Assembly (NCBI RefSeq): GCF_001194135.2
Contig: NC_068985.1
Coordinates: forward strand, 83,355,041-83,419,040
Direction: 5' to 3'
DNA length: 64,000 bases
Origin: Octopus bimaculoides
Lineage: Eukaryota
In this document: positions 23,612 to 36,773 of the stretch, one piece after another
How positions within the stretch are numbered: position 1 is the stretch's first letter
Layout of the letters: every line of letters begins with the position of its first letter
Translations under genes and position numbers: made by a program
Notes under the pieces: model-generated
Seen by the model: the letters and a program-made list of their open reading frames with translations, nothing else
What the model was told of the DNA's origin: nothing
The model's database searches: none

Positions 23612-25678
23612 AAGACGAAGTGCGTGATTCGATTGTAATAGATATTTTATTGGTTGAATGATATTTCGACAGTTTTGTGAAGAGTTACATCAATCCTTTT
23701 AAAATATTATTATTATTGGCAGGAACTCAGGAAAAAAGCTGCAGAAATCCTCACTAAAGAAATAGACAAACATATAGATTACAGAGATAGCTAGATGGCT
23801 AGATAAATAGTTAGTCAGACAGAAATATAGATACAGAGATAGACAGGTAGACAGAGAAAGGGAGAGATGTAGAGGAAAAGAGGCCGGCAAATAGACAGAC
23901 GGAGAAAATAACACTGGCAAACTGAGAAGGACGGATACAGAAAGATGTCATTTGTGATGCAATTCTTCTATCTTGTATTCTAGTGTCTAGACTAAACACT
24001 CCAGTATAGCCAGAGGCTTAATCTACCTTGATTGTATTTCAAATCCTCACATATCCACTTCTTCTCTTCCATATTTCTCCATCCACACTGCCACTTGACT
24101 GCTCTGCAACATATAAACTGATATTCCAAGTAGAAAACAGAGAGGGAAAGAATATTAAAAAGAAATAAATGGCATGGATATCTTTATCTACTTTGGGGGT
24201 TTTTTTTTGGTTTTGTTATTTTTTGTGTTACTTTTATTTTTTTTCTTTATTCCAATGGATGGAAATATATTTGCTCATCTTTCTATGCTTGCTGAATATT
24301 GCTGATTGTTCTGGGGAGGATTGTAAGTAGTTGATATATATANNNNNNNNNNNNNNNNNNNNNNNNNNNNNNNNNNNNNNNNNNNNNNNNNNNNNNNNNN
24401 NNNNNNNNNNNNNNNNNNNNNNNNNNNNNNNNNNNNNNNNNNNNNNNNNNNNNNNNNNNNNNNNNNNNNNNNNNNNNNNNNNNNNNNNNNNNNNNNNNNN
24501 NNNNNNNNNNNNNNNNNNNNNNNNNNNNNNNNNNNNNNNNNNNNNNNNNNNNNNNNNNNNNNNNNNNNNNNNNNNNNNNNNNNNNNNNNNNNNNNNNNNN
24601 NNNNNNNNNNNNNNNNNNNNNNNNNNNNNNNNNNNNNNNNNNNNNNNNNNNNNNNNNNNNNNNNNNNNNNNNNNNNNNNNNNNNNNNNNNNNNNNNNNNN
24701 NNNNNNNNNNNNNNNNNNNNNNNNNNNNNNNNNNNNNNNNNNNNNNNNNNNNNNNNNNNNNNNNNNNNNNNNNNNNNNNNNNNNNNNNNNNNNNNNNNNN
24801 NNNNNNNNNNNNNNNNNNNNNNNNNNNNNNNNNNNNNNNNNNNNNNNNNNNNNNNNNNNNNNNNNNNNNNNNNNNNNNNNNNNNNNNNNNNNNNNNNNNN
24901 NNNNNNNNNNNNNNNNNNNNNNNNNNNNNNNNNNNNNNNNNNNNNNNNNNNNNNNNNNNNNNNNNNNNNNNNNNNNNNNNNNNNNNCTTTTCTCTGTTAT
25001 ATATTTTTGCTTTTAGATATAAAGTAGATTCAACCAATCATTTTAATTGCTTTTTCTTCTGCCTGTGTTTGTCATTTGTATATACAAATACATGTTAATG
25101 CATTGCCATATGCATGTTTATGTACTCATATACATACCATTCTGATTGTGTGTTTTATATGTATTAGAGTTGGAGTTAATATATTTTGTGTAACTTGCTG
25201 TTAATATACTATTTATTTTAGCATTTATTGGTGATAGTCTATATATGTATGTTGAGTTTATTATCATTATTATTATTATTATCATCATCATCATCATTAT
25301 TATTATTATTGCATTTGTTTGATATGGGGTGAGGGAGAGAATGTACCTATGGTGTTTTTGCAAGGCCCATTGGGACCTGTGAAATTGATGAGGTTGGTGT
25401 TCTGCTTGAACAAATGCAATGGATAATGTAAGCCAGAGTGGAATTCCAGGGGGATTTTCGTATTCGAGAGGAAAAATTGGGGTATTATTATTATTTGCAC
25501 AGGACCTGGAGTTGTAGATACAATATAGATGATGAGAGGGAGTGAAACATATAAAGCAGTCAGTTTGACTGGTCATGGTAAAAGGTAGATGATCAGCTAG
25601 GTCTGAGGAACAGAGGCCATACTAGTAGCAGTAGAAAAGGCGGAGTGAAGAGACGACATGTCCATAGGAAATCATGTC

Positions 25679-26306
25679 CAGTAAGTTCACCATCATCAAT
25701 TCACCGCAGGGAAAGTTCACTGTCATCAATTCACCATTTTCTTCCTTTTTTTTTCTCAATAAAATACTTTCTAACTATTAATGGTGAGATACTATGGATA
25801 TATGTGGAGGCGCAATGGCCCAGTGGTTAAGGCAGTGGACTCGCTGTCATAGGATCGTGGTTTCGATTCCCAGACCGGATGTTGTGAGTGTTTATTGAGC
25901 GAAAACACCTAAAGCTCCACGAGGCTCCGGCAGGGGATGGTGTTGAACCCTGCTGTACTCTTCCACCACAACTTTCTCTCACTCTTACTTCCTGTTTCTG
26001 TTGTGCCTGTAATTCAAAGGGTCAGCCTTGTCACACTGTGTCACGCTGAATATCCCCGAGAACTACGTTAAGGGTACATGTGTCTGTGGAGTGCTCAGCC
26101 ACTTGCATGTTAATTTCATGAGCAGGCTGTTCCGTCGATCGGATCAACTGGAACCCTCGACGTCGTAAGCGACAGAGTGCTAACAACAAACAACAACTAT
26201 AGATATATTTTCTTGGCAAACTTTCCTCACAGTGAACTTTCCTCACAGTGAACTTTCCTCGTGGTGAACTTCCTTCATGGTGAATTGATGGTGGTGAACT
26301 TACCTG
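25679..26306. mobile_element. TIR element with subterminal 15-bp tandem repeats, containing a nested SINE
   Basis: cagtaagttcaccatcatcaattcacc (25679-) is inverted at ggtgaattgatggtggtgaacttacctg (-26306). The unit gtgaactttcctcac(a/g) is tandemly repeated at about 26217-26280. Confidence 0.65.
25804..26197 (+). mobile_element. Full-length CORE-like tRNA-derived SINE with (AAC)n tail
   Basis: tRNA-like head ggaggcgcaatggcccagtggttaag...gtttcgattccc. CpG-rich and therefore relatively young. Confidence 0.85.
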
Positions 26307-26814
26307 TAATTGTAGGAAATCGATCAAAATGTGTTGGTGAAAGAGTTTATACCAATCAGTCGAGTAGGCTTTATTTAGATGTACATTATGATATTTGTAT
26401 GTGCAGTAACCACAGGGTGCCAGATGTAGGGTCCAGCTGTTTTGTTTATATTATTTGTCATTCAAGAATAAGGAGTGATCACAAGTTTATTAACAACAAA
26501 TTCCAAAAGGAAGCCTTGATCCGATTGCTCAGTTTGCAAGAAATAGCAGAATCATCTCTTTCAAATTTCCCTCACCATCTTTAAACTGGAGGGATATAAT
26601 CCTATGAGGCAGGTGAGGATGGCAGATTAGATATGCTTCTACTCATTCATTAATAAACCTGAGGACTAAACTTCAAAGATAATAAACTCAACATTATTTC
26701 ACTTGACAACATGACTTTAATATTTGCAGTGGTGACAGGGTGGTGAGCTGGCAGAATTGTTAACATGCCAGGCAAGATGCTTAGTGATATTTCATTCGTC
26801 TTCACATTCGTCAT

Positions 26815-27160
26815 GTTTTAACATCCATTGTCCATGCTGGCATGGGTTGGACAGTTTGACCAGGGCTGCTAAACTGAGCGTCTGCACTAGACTCCAGGCT
26901 GATTTGACATGATTTCTACAGCTGGATTCCCTTCCTAATGCCCACCACTCCAAGAGTGTAGTGGGTGCTTTTATGTGTCACCAACATGGGTGCCAGTTGC
27001 ATGACATCAGTATCTGCTACTGCTACAATTTCACTTGGCTTGAGGGGTCTTTTTCTCAAGCACTACATATTACCAAACATCTTGGTCATTTGTTGTTGCC
27101 TCCGTGCGGCCCAATGCTTGAGATATGCTTTTTACATGCCACTGGCATGGGTGCCAGCTG
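26815..27160 (-). mobile_element. RTE-tail module (3' UTR plus ORF-end remnant) inserted in a SINE
   Basis: Collinear with 1100-1450. Flanked by the head (26740-26812) and the continuation (27165-27290) of a ggtgagctggcag SINE. Confidence 0.75.
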
Positions 27161-27774
27161 CCTCCATTCTGAGTTCAAATTTCACTAAGGTTGACTTTGC
27201 CATTCATCCTTTCTTGGCAAGTAAAATAAGTAACAGCTGTATACTGGGCCCTCCCCCTAAATTGCTGACCTTTTGCCAAAATTTGAAATCTGCATTAGAG
27301 AAGGTGATAAGATGATGATCTAGCAGAATTGTTAGCATGCCGAACAAAATACATTTCAACATTTCATCCATCTTTAAGCTCTGAGTTCAAATTCTGCTGA
27401 GGTCAACTTTGCTTTTTATCCTTTTGGAGTTAAATAAAATAAGTACCAGTTGAGCACTGGAGTTGATGTAATTGACTTAGCCTGTACCCACAAAACCAGG
27501 CAAGATGGTGAGAGCAGTTGCTAATGCATTGAGGTAGATCTGGCCACCCCTGTTAATGGGGACAAAACTTAGACTTAAAACACTGGATGATGATGATGAT
27601 ACAAATGGCGATTTAAATTCAATATTGTTTCAATTTCATGCACCAAGTTTTTCTACAGCTTGTAAAGCTTCTTCTGAACCTATGACTATTTTATTACTGT
27701 TTCTCATATATTGAGGCGCAAGTTGCTTAAAACATAACACCATTTAAAATAAACTAGCCATCCTTTCTACATTC

Positions 27775-28278
27775 TCATGAATATCATCATCATTATCATC
27801 ATCATCATCATCATCAGTCATTGCCATTGTCTTCATTTCATCATCATCATCATCATCATCATCATTGTAATCATCATCAACTTCATTCACATGATCGATG
27901 CCATTTTTACCATCATCTTCTTTATCATCGATATCATCATCTTCATCATCATCAATATCAACGTCATCATCATCACTGTTGTTATCAGCGTTGTTATCAG
28001 CATCATGTTTTATCATCATGACCATCATCATCATCGTCATCATCATCATTGTCATCATCATCAACGTCATCATCATCGTCATCATCATCGTNNNNNNNNN
28101 NNNNNNNNNNNNNNNNNNNNNNNNNNNNNNNNNNNNNNNNNNNNNNNNNNNNNNNNNNNNNNNNNNNNNNNNNNNNNNNNNNNNNNCATCATCGTCGTCG
28201 TCATCATCGTCATCATCGTCATCATCATCATCGTCATCATCACCATCGTCATCATCATCGTCGTCATCATCATCATCG

Positions 28279-28314
<36 letters not shown>

Positions 28315-29101
28315 CTATCATCATCATCATTTGAATCATGGTTATATTTGTCATCCTCATTACCTTCATCATCCTTGTCATTGTTATTGTTGCTATCAAT
28401 CTTATTATCATCATTACTCTCATAAGCATCATTACCACCACCACCACCACCACCTCCAGCACCATGACGACGACGAGGAAGAGGACAGCCACTACCACCA
28501 CCATCACCTCACCATTAATTCAACCACCGTCACCACTAATTCAACCACTACTGCCACCACCATCACTAATTCAACCACCATCACCATCAATTCAACCTTC
28601 ACCACCTCCTCCACCACCACCACTACCACCGCCACCAATTCAACTTCCACCACTGCCACCACCACCACCACCACCACCAGTTTAACCATTACTACAAACA
28701 CCACCACCAATTCAACCAACATCACCACCACCACCACCACCACCACCACTTCTAGCATCATCATCATTATGTCTCGTCCTTACTTTCATTAACATCATCA
28801 TCCTCATCATCACTATAAACATCATCGTTTGCAATAACAACATCATCATCATCAACATCGTCATCATTGCCGTTGTCAACGTAATCACTGTCATTGCATC
28901 ATTAATGGTAGATAGAGAGGTCAAAGAGACAAGATCAACATCGTCTTCAATGGTAAAATTATAATTATTGTTACCAATCATCGTTATTATAGCGAACATC
29001 ATCATCATCATCATCTCCATCTCTACTCTCGTAGTCCTCATCATTAATGTCATTACTGTCATTTCAGTTGTTGCTATCGTCAGTGCTGCTTCAATCATCA
29101 T

Positions 29102-29133
<32 letters not shown>

Positions 29134-29410
29134 GCAATGGCAGCATCTTGAGTTGCATGATCCCTGTTATGTCACAGTGGTTTTGTTTATTTTTGTCTCG
29201 ATATTATTTAATTATCAGTTTTGTTAATATTATTATTATTATTATTATTATCCCCACCATCCCACCATCATCAGCAGCAGTAGTGGCAGTAACATAGCCT
29301 CCTTCTCTTCCACCACCACCTCCCCAACCTCTTCCACTTTGTCTTCCTCCACTTCCACCACCTCCCCACCCACCCCTTCCTCATCGTCGTCGTTGTCCTC
29401 CTCCTCCTCN
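27775..29410. repeat. Long compound trinucleotide region (CAT, CGT, CAC, CAG, CCT)
   Basis: Directly visible. Includes an aattcaacc sub-repeat at 28510-28720. Confidence 0.9.
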
Positions 29411-29584
29411 NNNNNNNNNNNNNNNNNNNNNNNNNNNNNNNNNNNNNNNNNNNNNNNNNNNNNNNNNNNNNNNNNNNNNNNNNNNNNNNNNNNNNNNNNN
29501 NNNNNNNNNNNNNNNNNNNNNNNNNNNNNNNNNNNNNNNNNNNNNNNNNNNNNNNNNNNNNNNNNNNNNNNNNNNNNNNNCATC

Positions 29585-29747
29585 ATCAGCTAGCAGAATT
29601 GTTAGCTTGCCAGACAAAATGCTTGGCAGCATTTCGGTCTGGGTTCAAATTCTTTTAGGGTCAATTTTGCCAGTCAAGTACCTGGGTCAATGTAATCGAC
29701 TTGGCTCCTCCTCCAAAATTTCAGCTCTTGTACCTTTAGTGAAAAGG

Positions 29748-29792
<45 letters not shown>

Positions 29793-29973
29793 GTTATTAT
29801 TATTAAGGCAGCAAGCTGGCAGAATTGTTACCATGCTGGGCAAAATGCTTTGTGGCATTTTGCCCATCATAACTTTAAAATTCCGCTGAGGTCGACTTTG
29901 CCTTTCATCCTTTCAGGGTCAATAAATTAAGTACCAGTTGAGTACTGAGGTCACTTTCTGACCAGTAGAAAGG
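29585..29973 (+). mobile_element. Tandem pair of ggtgagctggcag-family SINEs separated by (ATT)n
   Basis: Copies at 29585-29747 and 29805-29973, each ending aagg followed by (att)n. Confidence 0.8.
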
Positions 29974-30001
29974 ATTATTGTTATATATTATTATTATTAT
30001 T

Positions 30002-30548
30002 GAATGAGAGATTAGCACATGCCATCAAAGTGACACTGGAGTACAAGTATATGAAGCCCAATATATCCATCATGACTACCCATCTGTTAAGGGTACACCA
30101 GACACATGCATCACAATCATATCTGTGTGACATGGTGATCTCATGTCAAGATAAACAGTGCATGACCTTGCAAGTGGGGCCGTTAGAATTTTCTTCAGGT
30201 CGAGTAGCCCATCCCACTCAAAAGGTCCCTGAATAAGGCTTTTTAAGGGCGTTGAATGAAATACTCATGTTTCCAGAGGTAAATTATTCAAACCCCAAAG
30301 AATTCCTTTCAACACATGCGCCCCCAATACTTTTGCTCATAATCAGAGATACACATATTGTCAGCCACTAAGGGACATGCTCAACTGGTTAAGGTCAAAC
30401 AACTAACAAGTAAATCTGTGGTATTGAGCAGAATATTTGCTGTAGCCCATCTTTTATACCAAGACAAAACAATGTACGTGATAACACTTCCAATCTATTA
30501 AGATCAGAAGCTATGAGAGTCACTGCCTGGTACTGCATCCGGGCATTT
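30002..30548. mobile_element. Unclassified interspersed repeat of about 550 bp flanked by (ATT)n
   Basis: A partial second copy at about 43330-43480 shares gtcagccac(t/g)aagggacatgctcaa(c/g)tggttaaggtcaa...tattgagcagaatatttgct. Confidence 0.7.
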
Positions 30549-30549
30549 A

Positions 30550-30641
<92 letters not shown>

Positions 30642-30717
30642 TGAAGGCAGTGAGCTGGAAGACTCAATTGCATGTTAAACAAAATACTTGGTGGCATTTC
30701 TTCTGACTCTTTGCCCT

Positions 30718-31170
30718 CTTAGATGGACAGTTTTTTTCTCAGGAAGTGAGCTGTATCTATGAGAATAATTTTATGTAGTTCTGATATTTTTAAAGTTTTC
30801 TGGTATTTGTTCATAGTATTTTAGAATGCCACTTGATATTACCACCAAAGCTCCACTGATGACAGTCACCGTTGTTGTTTCTTAGATTCCACATTTCTGA
30901 GACCACTTTCAAGCTCCTTATATTTACCTAACTTTCCAAATGTTTTCACAGAAGCAGTACAATCTGCTGGGATTGACATATCTATGAGCAAATGTGTTTT
31001 TATCCATGTGATTTTCCATTACAGCATGTGGTCTGTTGGCCTGAATAGTTTGATCCATTTCAATTCGAAAGTCATGAAGAGTACTGATGTCTTTATTTCC
31101 TACAACTTTGGAAATTCTTACATAAGAAATGCTTGAAGAAATATTCACATGACACAATACCACCTTTCTT
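30718..31170 (-). mobile_element. R4/Dong-like LINE 3' fragment (restriction-like endonuclease domain)
   Basis: Minus translation VVGNKDISTLHDFRIEMDQTIQANRPHAV..., then LIDMSIPADC..KTFGKLGKYKELE...TTVTVISGALVVI...IILIDTAHFLRKKLSI*. This follows the WDF..TD....RPD / ID..P / EK..KY..L / GTAHILR pattern of RLE-bearing LINEs. Confidence 0.8.
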
Positions 31171-31829
31171 TTTCTGTTTTTAATTTCTTTCTTTTTTTGG
31201 ATTCATTTACTTTTTTTATATTTTTATTTCCCACTCCACAGTATTGTCAATCATTTGCTTTCAGCCTACTGTCCCTCGCTCTAACCACACCTCAATCCTT
31301 TGTATTAGACAACTTCGGTGACTAATCACTAAATTGAAGCATTCGCTCACATTAATTACCTAACTTCTATTCTCTGCACAAGATTGCACTTGCATTGATC
31401 TTTCCTTACTTTGATCTTTGCCTGAAAAGGGGACGAAATTAAGTTGCTTGATACTATTGTTTGTTGGTTGTTGGCGTAGTTTAGTTGTTGTTGTTGTTTT
31501 GTCCCACATCAAATCTGATCAAGGAGAACTATCTCTTCTTTATAGAGATTTCATTTTATGTCTACATTCAGTAATAACTGTGTGGTTACAAAGTGAACTT
31601 TGTAATCACATGGTTCTCAGTTTGATCCCAGTGTGCAGCACCTTGAGTAAGTGTCTTCTGCTGTGGCTTCCGGCTGACCAGTACTTTGTGAATGGAATTA
31701 GTATGCGTGTATGTATGTCTGTGTGTGTTGTGTGTAAGTGTGAGTGCGTGTATATATGTATGCATTATATAGGTAGTTAGGGTAAATCCCTGCTGTTTCT
31801 TTTTGAAGCTCATTTGCTTGTTCCATTAT

Positions 31830-32035
31830 TGATTTCAAATTTTGACACGAGTCCAGCAATTTTGGGAAGAGGTAAATCAATTGTATAAACCCCAGTACAC
31901 AACTGGTACTTATTTTATCAACTCTGAAAGGATGAAAGGCAAAGTTGACTTTGGTGAAATTTGAACCCAGAATGTGAAGACGACTGGAATATCACTAAGC
32001 ATTTTGCCCGGCTTGCTAACAATTCTGCCAATCCA
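31830..32035 (-). mobile_element. ggtgagctggcag-family SINE
   Basis: Family body gaaaggatgaaaggcaaagttgac and head ctaacaattctgcc. Confidence 0.75.
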
Positions 32036-32444
32036 GTAAGTAGTCTCAGTTGCTGCTGTAGGTTCATAAAAAATAATATTAAGATTGAGAATTATGAAAA
32101 TATTGTATGTAGAGTTATTATAGAACAAAACAGGAAAGTGGATATTTTTTGGTATGATTTATTCTCCATTACACATATTTCATTTGGTTATAAGAATTAC
32201 AAAGTTTTACATGGTAGAATAACAGGTAAGGAATTTCCTGTTAGAAATTCTTTTGACAGAGAAATTAAATAATCACGTCTACCTAGCATGTAAAATTTGG
32301 TAATTCCTATTTGCAAATGAAATACATGCAACGGAGAATAAATAATACCCCAAAATTTCCACTTTCTTGGTTTGTTATATGTATGTCATCATCATCATCA
32401 TCATCNNNNNNNNNNATATATATATATATATATATATATATATC

Positions 32445-32810
32445 ATCATCATCATCCTCATCAACCTTTAACGTCCTTTGTCCATGCTGGTATGGTTTGG
32501 ATGGTTTGACTGGGCTGGCATGCTGGGAAGGCTGCGCCAGGATCCAGTCTGATTTGGCATTGTTTTCTGCAGCTGGATGCCCTTCCTAGCACCAACCACT
32601 CTAAGAGTGTAATGGGTGCTTGTATGTGCCACCGACATGGGTGCCATTTACGTGACACTGGTATCTGCCACAACTGTAATTTTTCTTTACATGATGGGTC
32701 CTCTTAAGCAGATCACATCCCCAAAGGTCTCAGTCACTAGTTATTGCCTCTATGAGATTCAAAGTTCAAATGTCATGATTAACCACCTCGTCCCATGTCT
32801 TCCTGGGATT
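32445..32810 (-). mobile_element. 5'-truncated RTE LINE 3' end
   Basis: (cat)n tttaacgtc tail, 3' UTR and ORF-end remnant homologous to 1097-1270 and 1500-1650. Confidence 0.75.
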
Positions 32811-33907
32811 GTTTTATTTTTAAAATGACATTATAGGTTGGTGTGAAAGATTAGATCTGATCACTTTGAATATAAAACCAGTAGAATATCATGGCTAGAT
32901 ATGGCCAGTTTAAATGCTAAAAGGTTAAAACCTGTCTTTGACTATTCCTGAGAAATTACTAATACTCAGATGTTCTCCTAAACTATTCTTTGAACTCAGT
33001 TAGTTTCATAGAGAGTATACTCCTCTTGAATGGCTGGTGAAGGCAAGGTTTTCCTAAATGATTTATTTTTGTGGTATGTAAACAAACAAGTTTGTTTTTC
33101 AAAGTGCTGAAATGCAAGGTAGAACAAGTAGAAAGATAAATTTTATTCAACACAGATACTGAACAGTATAAAGGATAAAATCCTTTTTTCTTTTTAAAAG
33201 CAGAAAAATCTGTCGGCAGCCAGCCATGAGGATCGAACTCACATCCATTTTGTGTTTCAAAGAATAATACTCTATTTTGGTTTCAGTGTTGGTTTTTGAG
33301 TCACATTTTGAAGCCATTCACAACCTGACATCTAGCAGCACATCATAGTTAAGGGGAAGAATTAACAAACAAAGATAACTTTTGTGTTCTTCTTGGTGCT
33401 TATCCCTAAGTCATTCATAATCAGGCATATGATCATATGCACTCTCCATTTCTGATCATTGTGAGATTTTTCAAATATAGTGTATTTGAGACACTGGACG
33501 GTAGATACAGTAGAATGCAGTGTTTAAAATATACCATCCTATCTTGAAGGAGACAGATAAACTAAAAAGTTAAAGTTACCTTTTCGAGTCATGCTGACTC
33601 ATAAAGGCCAGTTTCTTGGTTTCCATGGCTTATAAATTCCCCACTTGGATGAGATGCCGGTCCAACACCCTAACCACTGAGCCATGTCCCTCCACGAATG
33701 AGACAGACAAAAAGAGACACAGATAGATAGAGAGAGAGAGAGAGAGAAGGAAGAAGAAAGAGAATTTATCACTGGTGGACCTGGTCATCTCTGTTCATGA
33801 CATCTCTGGGACCACTTACCAGAGATGACCCCAGCTTCATCAAGCAAGAGCTTGAAGCAAGCAAGCAAAGCATCCTATCTGGAGATAGATAGATAGATAG
33901 ATGGATG

Positions 33908-33960
<53 letters not shown>

Positions 33961-33964
33961 AGAG

Positions 33965-33996
<32 letters not shown>

Positions 33997-34084
33997 AGAG
34001 AGAGAGAAAGAGAAGAGGAAGAAAGAGAATTTATATGTTTCTTTTTAACTGATTTAACCTGAAAAGAAAGAGCAGTGTGCTTAA

Positions 34085-34304
34085 CCCTTTAGTATTCAGA
34101 TTATTCTGTCAGATGTAATTCTTATTTATTCACATTGTTTTAGATTAATTCTGTATCATCTTACAGCTTCCATATTTCAATGATGTGATAGTATATTTTT
34201 AGAATGATATTGTATGGTAGGTGTGAAGGGTCAGAACTGGCATGTTCAAACATAAAACAAACAGAATATCTGGGCTGGATGTAGACAATTTAAATGCTAA
34301 AGGG
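34085..34304. mobile_element. piggyBac-type MITE
   Basis: ttaa|ccctttagtattc ... ttaaatgctaaaggg|ttga. Confidence 0.8.
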
Positions 34305-35296
34305 TTGACCCTTTTCTGTTGTAGAGAGAAGTCTGTTCATAAACTTGAAGCTTGGCCCAAATGCAAGCAACAGAGTGGTCTCTGCTACATGATCCCAAGG
34401 ACCATGAGGTGGTGGTAGTAGTGGTGGTGGTGGTGGTGGTCATTCGGATGCTATTGGTGTTAAAGTAGGTGATGGATTAAGGCTACCACTCACTTGTCAC
34501 CATAGAATGTGGAATTGTGCAGCAGCCATTAAAAATCCCTTCTTCCTCCCTCCACCCCCACCTCACATGCTCTCCACTCCACAAATGCCACCAACACCAC
34601 ACCATCATAAAAGCTTAGGAGACATTTAAATATAAATATATTTTTTTTTATGTTATAATCTAAGCTAACATGGAGAAATAGTTGACAAACAAACAACATT
34701 AAAGGAACCAAAAAAAAAGAAGACTGTAAAATAAAAAAATAAAAAACAAATATATCTCTTTATTACCACAATTATTTATTTGATTATCTTCAAATTTAGC
34801 CAATTAGAGTGTTGCTCACCCTCCTGCTACCCCCAGCTGTTCAAAAAATTGCCAAAAAGCAAAACGACCATAAACACTCACATATCCACAAATCATGCAA
34901 AGCGAGAAATGAACCGTCGCCTCCTCCCATCCTTGCTAATCAAATATTTGTTAAGACAATCAAATTATTGCAAATTTATTTTATTATTGCTTTTTTAAAA
35001 AATTATTTGTGCCTTTTTTTATTTTATCTTTTTTTTTTTTACTTATATCATTTATTTATTTATTGCGGTTTTGTTTTTGTTTCGTACCTAAGTGGATATT
35101 ATACTTACATCAATAATATCAAAAGTGTGTTTCTTAAAGATAGATAATTTAGTGTTCAAAGTAGACAGAAAATATTTTCCAAGCCATACATGAATTAATC
35201 ATATTGAATTGCACTTTCATAAAGGTCACTGTTATTGCTGCTGCTGCTGTTGCTGTGAATGGGAGGCAAATTTTGGATGCATATATATGGATGTGG

Positions 35297-35344
<48 letters not shown>

Positions 35345-35664
35345 TTACTTACATAGACTTTCACACACACATATACACACCTACTGTTACAGATATATAT
35401 CTATGTATATATGCATACATCCACGCACACATATATATATGTTTATTTATTCATATGTGTGTATGTGTATGTGTCTATATGTATGTACATTTATATGTAT
35501 ATATATATATATACACACACATATACATATATATGTACATATATATTCATATATATATGTATATATATGTATATTTATATATATCTATGTATATATATTT
35601 TATGCATTTATACACACATATACATATATATATAATGTATATATATATATACATATATACATAT

Positions 35665-35870
35665 ATTGGCCTTCGTGCCGGTGGCATGTAAAAGCACCCA
35701 CTACACTCTCTGAGTGGTTGGCGTTAGGAAGGGCATCTAGATGTAGAAACTCTACCAAATCAGATTGGAGCCTGGTGTAGCCATCTGGTTTCACCAGTCG
35801 TCAGTCAAATCGTCCAACCCATGCTAGCATGGAAAGCGGACGTTAAACGACGATGATGATGATGATGATG
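35665..35870 (+). mobile_element. Young RTE-tailed SINE 3' half
   Basis: Nearly identical to 48470-48632. Retains CpGs and ends gttaaacgac(gat)n. Confidence 0.85.
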
Positions 35871-35915
<45 letters not shown>

Positions 35916-36155
35916 CTCTTGCACCACCAGCACTTACTTATTGACCTAGTTTGGTAAGGGCCGGCACTTGAAACTTTAGCCCATAATGTCACTTAAGTTG
36001 CTTCACCACTGAAAAATACCTGAAGCATACTTGTTTGTTTGTCTATCTATGGGAACACATATATTACATATATATATGTGAACATATACTGCTGTCCAAT
36101 CATGACTCAGCTGGTTGAAACTTCAAAGTCACTGTCAATAATATACTTATTTCGG

Positions 36156-36245
<90 letters not shown>

Positions 36246-36287
36246 ATGTATGTATATATATGTGTGTGTGTGTGTGTATGTATGTAT

Positions 36288-36322
<35 letters not shown>

Positions 36323-36590
36323 CGTGCGCACACACACATATACATATATTCATACATATATGTATGTAAGTATGGATGTGTGTGTGCTTGGTGCGACTTT
36401 CTAGCTTTACCAGTTCCTACCAAGCCATCCAACCCATGGCAGCATAGAAAGAGACATCATATGACAAAGATGATGATGATCATATGTATGTATATGTGTG
36501 TGTGCGTAAGTACATCAATATATATATATATATTTATATATATATAAGTGTATCCATATGTGTGTATATGTATAAATATTGTATGTATAA

Positions 36591-36640
<50 letters not shown>

Positions 36641-36705
36641 NNNNNNNNNNTATATATATGCATACATACTTATATATATAATACATATGTATACATAAAT
36701 ATTTC

Positions 36706-36773
<68 letters not shown>

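Noticed and set aside
33222-33250. tRNA T-arm-like motif (minus strand gtgagttcgatcctcat)
   Set aside because: No D-arm, anticodon arm or acceptor stem upstream. It is an isolated B-box-like match.
34815-34945. Minus-strand micro-exon candidates with gtgag donors
   Set aside because: Weak acceptors and no homology, so expected by chance.
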